The notes beneath the pieces are model-generated. The model did not search any database. It worked only from the letters and a program-made list of their open reading frames with translations, and was not told the DNA's origin. Positions 20,368 through 28,572 of a DNA stretch of 64,000 nucleotides are shown piece by piece. The stretch lies in assembly GCA_041483895.1 (NCBI GenBank), contig JBGPGO010000017.1:13808-77807 (forward strand), given 5' to 3'. How positions within the stretch are numbered: position 1 is the first letter of the stretch; each line of letters opens with the position of its first letter. Position numbers and translations under genes: made by a program. The stretch is from Fimbriimonadia bacterium (GTDB taxonomy: Bacteria; Armatimonadota; Fimbriimonadia; Fimbriimonadales; JABRVX01).

Positions 20368-20697
20368 CTACGACAAATTGTCCAAGAATTCCTCCGGCCG
20401 CTCGACGAGCCCGGGGCGGACCGGATTCTCGTGGATGTAGTCCAGCTTCTGCCAGAACACCAGGATGTTCCTAAAGCCCACGATCTCGTGGATATCGGGA
20501 AGCCGGCCCGCCACTTCCGGAGCGCCATTCTTGAGCTGAGTGGCCGCCTCGCCGACGACGAAGAGCTTGCGCTCTACCATGGCGCGGAGGCCCTTGTCCT
20601 TCAGATAGTCTTCTTGGGTTTTGCCTTCGAGAAACTCCAGAGCGTCACGCCCGTTCGTCAGGATGTCCTCAAGCCAAAGTCCAGGGTCACGGCGCAT
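20368..20697 (-). pseudogene. HepT-like (DUF86) HEPN toxin, truncated and fused to a RAYT/Y1 transposase fragment
   Basis: WLEDIL, VERKLFVVGEA, GFRNILV lacking the catalytic His, then QKLDYIHENPVRPGLVERPEE. Confidence 0.75.
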
Positions 20698-20986
20698 AGA
20701 GGGTCACTGCGCCGGCTTCGGCGCTGCGGCGGAGCCTGGAGTTCTCGAGCAGGTCCACCTTGCGCCCAAAGAGCTTCTGCATGTCTTCGAGCAGCCCGAA
20801 GTATTGCTTTCCCAGCCTCATGCTAGCGGGAGGCGCGTCGAACTCAACCAGAAAATCGAGGTCGCTGCGTTTCGGGTCGAACTCATCGCCGGCGGCAGAC
20901 CCGAACAGTCTCAAACGCCGCACCGCGTATTGGCGGCACAGCGATTCCAGCTTCTTCCGGGTCTCCAGGCTCACCTCGAACGGCAT
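20687..20986 (-). CDS. MNT nucleotidyltransferase antitoxin (MntA-like)
   Basis: LFGS, SDLDFLVEF, FGRKVDL; overlaps the HEPN gene. Confidence 0.9.
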   Translation of the reverse strand: MPFEVSLETRKKLESLCRQYAVRRLRLFGSAAGDEFDPKRSDLDFLVEFDAPPASMRLGKQYFGLLEDMQKLFGRKVDLLENSRLRRSAEAGAVTLYAP

Positions 20987-21060
20987 GATCGTTATTGTAG
21001 CCCAGCGTCAGTCCGCATGAAACACTTCTTCCATCGGCGCTCGCCATGGCTGTTCCAAAC

Positions 21061-22182
21061 CTAATACCCACACTCCCTGGCCGCATCCCCAAACACCCTC
21101 AGATTCTCCACGGGTGTGTCGAAGAAGTGGTCCGAGGCGGACATGATGTAGCCCCCGTCCCGGCCGAAACCCTCGAACAGGCGGTGCACCTCACTCCGGA
21201 TCTGCTCGTGCGTGCCCGTGGTCAGCACGTTGAACTGATCCATGCCGCCGATCATCGCCATCCGCCCGGCATAAAAATCGCGGACACGAGAAGGCTCGGC
21301 GATGTTGCCCCCGACCCCGGGCGGCGACAAGGTCTCCGACGCGTCGGCCTCGTTCTCGACGATCTGATCGAGGATGTGCATCATGCCTCCGCACGTGTGG
21401 TAGGCGGCGATGTGGCCGGCCGCGTGAAGCGCGCGGTGCATCTCGCGGTCGTACGGCAGGCAGAACTCGCGGTGAAAGCCGGGCGAGATCACGGTGTCGC
21501 TGCCCGCGCCGCCCCCCGTCTCGATAATGTCGAACCGCGCGCCCACGAGCGACTCCTCGATGAACCGCAGCTTCTTGTTCAGCAGCGCCTTCAGCAGGCT
21601 GTGCAGCCACGCGGGGTCGTCGATCCCGGCGAGCACCATGTCCTCAAGGTTCATCAGGCAGCATGCGTGCTGCCAGCATCCGGCCTGGTCGCCCCAGACG
21701 AAGCCGCGCAGGATCCCCGCGTCTCCTACCCGGTCGTACTCCTTTTGGATCGCGTCTTTGCTCAGGCGCGAGACGGGCATGTACTGGTCGATCAGCTCGA
21801 CGTCCTCGGGCCGCTTGATGAGGTACTCGGTGATCCAGGTGGTGCGGTCGTTCGCCTCGGTCTTGTAGGTCAGGGCGCCCCCCGGCGTGCTGACGGTGTG
21901 GTGCACCACGCGGTGGAGGGGGTCGGAATCCACCAGTTCCGCCTCGTCCCGCCAATCGGGCATGGACGCCACGAACCTCTCCGCGTCGGTGATCCAGAAC
22001 TGGCCCATGGCCTCGAAGTACTGGATCGAGGCGTCGAGGCCGCAGACCTTGAAGGCGTCGAGGGGGTCCGCGCCGCCCATGAAGGTGTCGAGGTGGTATT
22101 GCTGCCACTGGTGGATCGTCGCCGGCAGGCGGTCGGGCTTTTCCCGGTGAAGGGCGGCGAGCATGCGGTCTTTGCTGGTCAT
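21061..22182 (-). CDS. Uroporphyrinogen decarboxylase / MtaA-CmuA family protein
   Basis: MTSKDRMLAAL..EKPDRLP, ISP-x-x-x-REF-x-LPY, YHTCG, GGMDQ, GGYIMS. Confidence 0.85.
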   Translation of the reverse strand: MTSKDRMLAALHREKPDRLPATIHQWQQYHLDTFMGGADPLDAFKVCGLDASIQYFEAMGQFWITDAERFVASMPDWRDEAELVDSDPLHRVVHHTVSTPGGALTYKTEANDRTTWITEYLIKRPEDVELIDQYMPVSRLSKDAIQKEYDRVGDAGILRGFVWGDQAGCWQHACCLMNLEDMVLAGIDDPAWLHSLLKALLNKKLRFIEESLVGARFDIIETGGGAGSDTVISPGFHREFCLPYDREMHRALHAAGHIAAYHTCGGMMHILDQIVENEADASETLSPPGVGGNIAEPSRVRDFYAGRMAMIGGMDQFNVLTTGTHEQIRSEVHRLFEGFGRDGGYIMSASDHFFDTPVENLRVFGDAARECGY

Positions 22183-22331
22183 GTTGCCTCGGGGTATGAG
22201 TACAGACTTCGACGCCGCGAGACCCCAATCCTCTTGGCTCTTCTCCATCGCTCACCTTGCGTGGGCTCCGCTCAGGACAAGCTCTAACCCTCCCTCGCAA
22301 GCGGGGGAGGGGATTATCGCCGAATTCATTA

Positions 22332-22358
22332 TCCCTTCACAGTCGCACTGTGAAGGGA
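22332..22358 (-). terminator. Hairpin immediately 3' of rnpB
   Basis: TCCCTTCACAGT-CGC-ACTGTGAAGGGA perfect 12 bp stem; no clear U-tract. Confidence 0.55.
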
Positions 22359-22364
22359 GATTCT

Positions 22365-22784
22365 GGGGAGTTGGCCTGTAAGCCGGGTTCTGTATTTGTG
22401 CGGCGATCTATCTGGGACCCATGTCGCCATGGGCCTCAAGCAGCCTACCCGGAGGGTCAGCGGGCCGCTTCATCCCCTCCCTATTTGGCCTTGCTCCTGG
22501 CGGGGTTTGCACGGCTGCCTTGTTGCCAAGACACCGGTGAGCTCTTACCTCACCATTTCACCCTTACCCCCTGCCCGGATGATCCGAGAACCCCCACCCT
22601 AGCCCTCCCCCTTGCTCGTTCCTCGCAAGAGGGAGGGGATCTGGGACCATTCGGGCAAGGGGCGGTATGTTTCTGTTGCACTTTCCGTCGAGTCGCCTCG
22701 CCCGGGTGTTACCCGGCGCCATGCCCTGTGGAGCCCGGACTTTCCTCCCCGGCCGAAACCAGAGCCACCGCCCGGCCAACTCCC
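22365..22784 (-). ncRNA. rnpB: RNase P RNA (bacterial class A)
   Basis: Minus strand GAGGAAAGTCCGGGCTCC, GGAAAGTGCAACAGAAA, AGGGTGAAATGGTGAGGTAAGAGC, ACAGAACCCGGCTTAC; P1 pairing GGGAGTTGGCC/GGCCAACTCCC; TAGAAT -10 at 22791-22796. Confidence 0.97.
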
Positions 22785-23021
22785 TCCCCTATTCTACGTT
22801 GTCAGTGCCAAAGATAAGAAATACACTTTTTTTCGTCGGAAAGGTAGCTTACTGGGTTAGCAATCGGGTACATAAGCCGCGTACCGAAAAGCTCGGTCTA
22901 TCAGGGACGGCAAAGTTCCAAGTGATCCGCCCGCCAAGAGGCTGGGTGGACATGCGTACCGGCGATGTCTCGTCTCGGAGATGCGAGGCATCGACTTATT
23001 ACTATTGGAGATGCAGCTAAA

Positions 23022-23714
23022 ATGAGAACCAGAACACCGGCTGTTCCGTTCTGGGAATCGCTTGAGATCGACGAGCGACGCCTTCTCGAAGGCGCCGGCC
23101 GCGTCAGCAACATCGAGAGGCGAACACTTCTTTACTCGCCCGGAGATCCCAGCGAATCCATCTATATCGTCAAATCCGGCCTCGTTCGACTCGTCCGCTC
23201 GGTCCAAAAGGGCCGAGAATTGACCCTCGCTCTCTGCGAGAAGGGTCATCTGTTCGGAGAGTCGCCTCTGTTTGAGGAAGGCCCCCGCACTCACTATGCC
23301 GAGGCGCTGCTGGACAGCGAAATCCTCGAAATCCCGGTTGCAAAGTGCCGCGCTTTGATCAGCAGCACGCCCGGTCTTTCGATGAAGTTCACTGCGGCGG
23401 TTTGGAACCGGAGAGCGGAGACCGACCAGCGCATCGAGGATGTAATCTTCCGAGATGTCCCCGCCCGCCTTGCCCGCTCGCTCATCTGGCTTTCCGAGAA
23501 ATACGGAGAGACCAATGGGAAAGGTACCGTCGGCATCGGCCTTCGACTGACCCACCAGGAGCTTGCGAGCATCGTCGGCACCACGCGCGAAACCACAACG
23601 CTTGTCCTCAACAAGTTCAAGCGCGAAGGTCTGATCGGTTCCTCTGGCAGGAGCCTGTTCATCAAGAAGCCCGATAACCTTCGCCACATGGGCGATTCAC
23701 CGGGACGAAGATAG
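23022..23714 (+). CDS. Crp/Fnr-family transcriptional regulator
   Basis: YIVKSG, FGE, cNMP-binding fold, LTHQELASIVGTTRETTT HTH. Confidence 0.92.
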   Translation: MRTRTPAVPFWESLEIDERRLLEGAGRVSNIERRTLLYSPGDPSESIYIVKSGLVRLVRSVQKGRELTLALCEKGHLFGESPLFEEGPRTHYAEALLDSEILEIPVAKCRALISSTPGLSMKFTAAVWNRRAETDQRIEDVIFRDVPARLARSLIWLSEKYGETNGKGTVGIGLRLTHQELASIVGTTRETTTLVLNKFKREGLIGSSGRSLFIKKPDNLRHMGDSPGRR

Positions 23715-24536
23715 CGACCATTGGAGGCTGCGGCCATCGGTGACAAACCGAATCGATCCGTCTGTATCTGTTCGCAGAATATGGATGCTTCGATGCCGCA
23801 GCCTCTCCATCACTTCCGCGCTGGGGTGGCCGAACTGGTTCCCTCGTCCGCAACTGATCACGGCGAATGTCGGCGCTACCTTGTCCAGCCATTCTTCTGT
23901 CGATGCTGTATCGCTTCCATGATGGCCGACCTTTAGCACGTCCGCTCGGATGTCTCGTCCCGTCGCGAGGATTCTCTCTTCTGCCAACGCTCCAGCGTCC
24001 CCGGTAAACAGAAACCGTCGCTCCCCAAACCGCACTCGCACGATGACCGACGTGTCATTCATCTCTTCCACCGGATCGCTAGTCGGTGATAGCACCTCGA
24101 TCTGCGTTCCATCGGACAGATCGATCTCTTGTCCGCGATAGGCCTGTTTCAGACGCATCCCGTTGGTTCGCTCCCTGCGGCTCAGATCGCACTCGATGCC
24201 ATTGAACAGCACGAGCTGGACGGGGACCGCGGCGATGAGCTGCTCCGCCCCTCCAATGTGATCGGCCTCGGGATGCGTCCAGATGAACAGATCCACACGG
24301 AGGACGCCAATTTCGCGGAGCGCCTGGAGAATGATGGCGGAGCTGCTCCGGCCTTCCTCGAATTTCGGGCCGGCGTCGATGACGATGATCGCTCCGCCCG
24401 GCGTTTTGACCACTGCCGCGTCCCCTTGCCCCACGTCGAGAAACCGGACCTGCAGCTCCGGATTGGCGGCAGGCCAAAGGAGCGCGGCGACCGAAGCGCC
24501 CCATATCCCGACCGCGCCGAGCTTAAGCCACTTCAC
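23697..24536 (-). CDS. ComEC-type metallo-beta-lactamase domain protein
   Basis: FLDVGQGDA, THPEADHIGG, FLFTGDA, LKVGHHGS, GHP, RTD. Confidence 0.9.
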   Translation of the reverse strand: MKWLKLGAVGIWGASVAALLWPAANPELQVRFLDVGQGDAAVVKTPGGAIIVIDAGPKFEEGRSSSAIILQALREIGVLRVDLFIWTHPEADHIGGAEQLIAAVPVQLVLFNGIECDLSRRERTNGMRLKQAYRGQEIDLSDGTQIEVLSPTSDPVEEMNDTSVIVRVRFGERRFLFTGDAGALAEERILATGRDIRADVLKVGHHGSDTASTEEWLDKVAPTFAVISCGRGNQFGHPSAEVMERLRHRSIHILRTDTDGSIRFVTDGRSLQWSLSSSR

Positions 24537-25965
24537 GCTTCGGCTCCCGAGCCAGACCGATGAAGAGCAGGTAGTACGGCGCCAGCCAGATGGGGCTGAA
24601 CAGCGGGACCAACACGCTGGACCAAGAGAGTCCGCCGATGGTAGAGCTCACGGCGGCAATCCAATTCGCGCAAGGAGCCGCAATTCCCGCGAGCCAAAGC
24701 GGCTGCCATCCCGGCACGAACGCCAACATAGGCCCGATAAGACCCGCGATGAGACAGGGCGCAACGAATGGCGCGCAGAGCAGATCGCCAATCACAGACA
24801 GTGTCGGCACGCGACCGAAGTGGTAGGCGATGAGGGGGCCGCTGGCCAACGTCGCGACGAAGGTGGTTGCGGCCGCCGTGGCGACCCAACGCAGGACCTG
24901 TCCGGAAAGACGGTCGTGCGACGATGGGATTCTTTGTCCCAGCCAACGATTGATGGCGGGCATCCAGAGGATGAGGCCCCCGGCGGCAAAATACGAGAGT
25001 TGAAAGCCCGCATCCATCACTGCGGACGGATCGGTCAATACCTGATAGATTCCGCCTGCGCCGAGGGCGGTCAGTGCGTCGGAGGGCCTCCGGACGATGG
25101 GCGCCGCGACGTATATGATCATCGCTACCGTCGCGCGCATGACCGCGGGGGCCGCGCCCGCAGCCAACGCATAGGCGATAAGAATAAGTATGCAGGCGAA
25201 AACCGATGCAAATCGTGGCAGAGGCAACAGAGAGAATATCCAGTTCACCAGGATTCCAAGAATGGCCACGTTCAGACCGGATGCCGCAAGAAGATGATAG
25301 ACGCCCGTCCGTTTCATGTTGTCGCGAATCGCCATCGGGACCGATCCTGGGTCGCCGAAAACGATGGCGGTCGTCATCTTGGCGGCCTGCGGATCCATGG
25401 AGCGGCGATAGGCCGTCTCCATCTGCGAACGAACTCGATAGACAAGGGCGCGGGACGGAGTGTCGGAAGGCGCTCTGAGGTGGACGCTAAATGCCGTTAC
25501 GTTTGCGTAAACTTGAAGCCGGCGGCCGTACGCGGGCTCAACCGGATTGACTCTCCCACGAATCTCAATCCGATCGCCGGGTCCAAAACTGCTGCCCCTC
25601 GGCAATGTGACCATGATGTCCGCTTCCACCGGCTCACTGTTTTGGGTTTCGAGATGAACCTTCCACCGGTTGGCGCCGACAGGCCAATCCAACCGGCCTT
25701 CCAAAACCGACGCTTCGTTCACGGTATCGAATCGCACCGGTGAGTCCAGTGTGAATGCCTGTTGTTGGCCACTGGCAAGTCCCCCCGCGCCCGCCGCCAG
25801 CGCGCATAGCGTCATCGGCCACCACGCGCGCCATAGGCCCGCAACGGCAGCCAGTCCGGCCAAGAGGAAAAGGGAGATGTTCCCGCACAGAATGAATGCC
25901 GCCGACCCGGCGACGAGGGCGAGGGAGACCTGAAGGAGCGGGCGCGGCCTGATCGTCTCAAACAT
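24523..25965 (-). CDS. comEC: ComEC/Rec2 competence membrane domain protein
   Basis: GVYHLLAASGLNV, AVMRA, GFQLSY; many TM helices. Confidence 0.88.
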   Translation of the reverse strand: MFETIRPRPLLQVSLALVAGSAAFILCGNISLFLLAGLAAVAGLWRAWWPMTLCALAAGAGGLASGQQQAFTLDSPVRFDTVNEASVLEGRLDWPVGANRWKVHLETQNSEPVEADIMVTLPRGSSFGPGDRIEIRGRVNPVEPAYGRRLQVYANVTAFSVHLRAPSDTPSRALVYRVRSQMETAYRRSMDPQAAKMTTAIVFGDPGSVPMAIRDNMKRTGVYHLLAASGLNVAILGILVNWIFSLLPLPRFASVFACILILIAYALAAGAAPAVMRATVAMIIYVAAPIVRRPSDALTALGAGGIYQVLTDPSAVMDAGFQLSYFAAGGLILWMPAINRWLGQRIPSSHDRLSGQVLRWVATAAATTFVATLASGPLIAYHFGRVPTLSVIGDLLCAPFVAPCLIAGLIGPMLAFVPGWQPLWLAGIAAPCANWIAAVSSTIGGLSWSSVLVPLFSPIWLAPYYLLFIGLAREPKREVA

Positions 25966-26473
25966 TGGGAGTGAATCGGCATGCCGGGCAGAGGTCCGCT
26001 CCGGTTGCGTAGCGCGAGCCGCACCGAGGACAGGTTTTGTACCGCTCGTCCGCAGCCCTCCTGGCGTTGGATTCTTTCACGGACTTTTCTATGGCCGCAA
26101 AGAGCTCCGTCAAGGTTTCGTACCGGTTTCTTTTGTGAGGGCGGACATGTTGGACTTCCGTCTCTTTCTCCTTCGGGGCTAGCTCGCCGATGAAGGTGCG
26201 GATGTCCCGAACGATCTCTTTGCCGATCGCCTCGTTGATTTTCACGCGGATCTGTTCGCGGCGAAGGCTGATCTCCTGGTTCCAAGCGCTGTCGGTCACG
26301 GCGACCCAGAGCGTGTCCCCTCGCATCTCCGTAGCCCTCGAGACGCGGGCAAGATGCTCACCGACCGCCACATCCCATTGGGCGATGGCCGACTGCATCA
26401 GGAGCGGCCGCTCCCATCCGAGACGACGGACCACGCGCACAAGCGCCGAACCGGTTTGAATCAGATTGCTCAT
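25958..26473 (-). CDS. dciA: DUF721/DciA-family protein with C-terminal zinc ribbon
   Basis: W-x-x-x-VG, L-x-V-x-V-x-DSAW-x-QE motif; directly downstream of recF; CPRC...CPAC. Confidence 0.8.
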   Translation of the reverse strand: MSNLIQTGSALVRVVRRLGWERPLLMQSAIAQWDVAVGEHLARVSRATEMRGDTLWVAVTDSAWNQEISLRREQIRVKINEAIGKEIVRDIRTFIGELAPKEKETEVQHVRPHKRNRYETLTELFAAIEKSVKESNARRAADERYKTCPRCGSRYATGADLCPACRFTPNV

Positions 26474-27594
26474 TCTTCGGAGAGTATGCTACCGCACACG
26501 CGCACCAGCTTGGCGGATTGTAGGACGGACTTTGGCAGTTGGCCCGGTTCCGTGCAGGTCATGATCATTTGCGCGCTGCCGGAAAACAGCTCCAGCAGGC
26601 GCCCTCTGCGGCCTTCATCCAGGTCCGACAGCACGTCATCGAGCAAGATGACGGGAGTTTCCCCGGTCCGTTGCTCGGCGATGGCAGCCTCCGCTAATTT
26701 GAGCGCCAAGGCGGCGCTTCTCTGCTGTCCTTGCGAGGCAAACTGCCTAACAGACTTCTGTTCGATCGTCAGATCGATGTCGTCCCGATGGGGGCCGCGG
26801 GTCGTGTTGCCGCGCTTGATATCCGTCGCCCTCGATTCCGCAAGGGCCTGCGCGAAGGAGCCCGCCGGGGCATCCGGCTTGTAGGTGACGCTCAGAACCT
26901 CGCTATCGCCGGAAAGCGCCTTGTGCATATCAGTTGCTTTGGGCGCGATGCGGTCGATCCATTGCGTCCTGGCGCTAATCAGTGGTTCTCCATATCCGAT
27001 CAGGTGTTCATCCCAAACGTCCAAATCCATAACCGACCCGATACGCTGGGCGAGATTGGCGACGAGGCCGTTTCGCTGGGTCAGCGCCCGCTTGAATCGG
27101 GCCAGATTGGTCGCGTACGAACCCATCAGTTGCGCCAGCTCCACGTCCATGAACTCTCGGCGAAATGCGGGCTCCCCTCGCACTATATTGAGGTCCCTGG
27201 CGCTGAAATCAACCGTATGCAGCATTCCGATGATGTCAATCGTCTTCGTGAGCGTCGCGCCGTCCACAGATGCTTGCTTCTTGCCGCCGAGCGGAAAGCT
27301 GACGGCGATCTGCGTTTCCCTTCCGCTCTTGTCCAGACCGCCTTCTACCTGGCAGCCTTCCGAATCCCAACGGATGAGATCGGAATCTCTGCCGCTGCGA
27401 AAGCCTCGCGTCGTGGAGAGAAAGTGCATCGCCTCGAGAAGATTCGTTTTCCCCTGACCGTTCTCGCCGTGTAGAATCGTTATGGACTGCGACGGTTCCA
27501 ACGTGGCGTCGGAATAGCTGCGGAAGTCGGTGGCATGAATGCGGAGCAGTCTCAATCGGCGTTCTCCACAATGCTTATTGATGCTCGAACCCAT
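26470..27594 (-). CDS. recF: DNA replication/repair protein RecF (start may be about 39 nt downstream)
   Basis: FRSY, GENGQGKTNLLEA, GPHRDD, SQGQQR, LLDDVLSDLD. Confidence 0.96.
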   Translation of the reverse strand: MGSSINKHCGERRLRLLRIHATDFRSYSDATLEPSQSITILHGENGQGKTNLLEAMHFLSTTRGFRSGRDSDLIRWDSEGCQVEGGLDKSGRETQIAVSFPLGGKKQASVDGATLTKTIDIIGMLHTVDFSARDLNIVRGEPAFRREFMDVELAQLMGSYATNLARFKRALTQRNGLVANLAQRIGSVMDLDVWDEHLIGYGEPLISARTQWIDRIAPKATDMHKALSGDSEVLSVTYKPDAPAGSFAQALAESRATDIKRGNTTRGPHRDDIDLTIEQKSVRQFASQGQQRSAALALKLAEAAIAEQRTGETPVILLDDVLSDLDEGRRGRLLELFSGSAQMIMTCTEPGQLPKSVLQSAKLVRVCGSILSEE

Positions 27595-27599
27595 AGAGT

Positions 27600-27832
27600 C
27601 TTAATACTTATTATTATAATACAAATCGCAGTACTCCCCAAAGGCTTATACAGATGGCGGAAATGACCAAATTATCAGCCGCAAAACTTGATCTGTCATT
27701 CGTTAGAAAGTTGTTAGAAGAGTGTGGAAAACCGGCCCTAGAGTGTGGAAAAGGAATCAGTTTTCCACACGTTCGTCATCCGGCCCGACTTCTCCCCACT
27801 CTCTCCACCCCTATTCCACAGGTCTTTCCCCG
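27600..27832. promoter_or_regulatory. DnaA-box cluster with AT-rich tract (candidate oriC)
   Basis: TGTGGAAAA 27723-27731 and 27744-27752, TTTTCCACA 27761-27769, TATTCCACA 27812-27820; TTAATACTTATTATTATAAT at 27601-27620. Confidence 0.7.
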
Positions 27833-27861
27833 ACCGCGTCCATGCCATAATGAGTGCCCTA

Positions 27862-28572
27862 ATGACCGGCGAGAATGCCCCCGCGACGTGCCGTCTTGTG
27901 ACCGTCATCGTACCCGTCTATAACGAAGAAAAAACGGTCCAAGACCTGATTCGGAGGGTTCTGGATGCGCCATTCGAAAAAGAGCTGCTGGTGGTCGACG
28001 ACGGCTCGACGGACGGAACCGCAGCGCAGGTCGAATCGATGGGCGACGAGCGGGTACGGCTGATCTGTTCTAGGAGCAACAATGGCAAGGGCGCCGCAAT
28101 CCGCGAGGCCATTCCATACGCCAGGGGGAAGGCCATCGTGATTCAGGACGCCGACCTGGAATATGATCCCAACGAAATACCCCAAGTTGTGGGGCCGATT
28201 TTGGCCGGGCAGGAATCCATAGTGTACGGCAATCGCTTTGAGCGTGGGTTTCCGAAAGGAATGGCTCTGCCGAACCGGGTCATCAATTGGATCCTCGCAA
28301 AGTTGGTCTATGCCCTGTTTGGCTACCCACTTCACGATGAGGCGACCTGCTACAAGGCGTTTCGCACGGACCTGCTGCAGGGAATGGAGCTGACCTGCCG
28401 GCGGTTTGAGTTCTGTCCGGAAGTGACGGCGAAGGCGCTGCGGGCCGGAGAAAAGATCAAGGAAGTGTCCATAACTTATACACCACGGAGCAAAAAGGCG
28501 GGGAAAAAGATACGATGGTACGACGGCGTGGCCGCAATTTGGACGTTGATAAAGTATAGGTTTTCCCGATGA
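27862..28572 (+). CDS. Glycosyltransferase family 2 (DPM1-like)
   Basis: [36 protein letters not shown]. Confidence 0.92.
   Translation: MTGENAPATCRLVTVIVPVYNEEKTVQDLIRRVLDAPFEKELLVVDDGSTDGTAAQVESMGDERVRLICSRSNNGKGAAIREAIPYARGKAIVIQDADLEYDPNEIPQVVGPILAGQESIVYGNRFERGFPKGMALPNRVINWILAKLVYALFGYPLHDEATCYKAFRTDLLQGMELTCRRFEFCPEVTAKALRAGEKIKEVSITYTPRSKKAGKKIRWYDGVAAIWTLIKYRFSR

Noticed and set aside
14787..21000. Integron cassette array
   Set aside because: Small TA-type genes are suggestive, but orientations are mixed and I found no convincing attC sites or integron integrase.
21046..22287. 413 aa plus-strand ORF and other long antisense ORFs (e.g. 24283-25743, 36848-38182 alternative frame)
   Set aside because: GC-rich shadow frames overlapping well-supported genes.
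22257..23020. ORFs spanning 22257-23020
   Set aside because: They overlap the RNase P RNA gene and its promoter.
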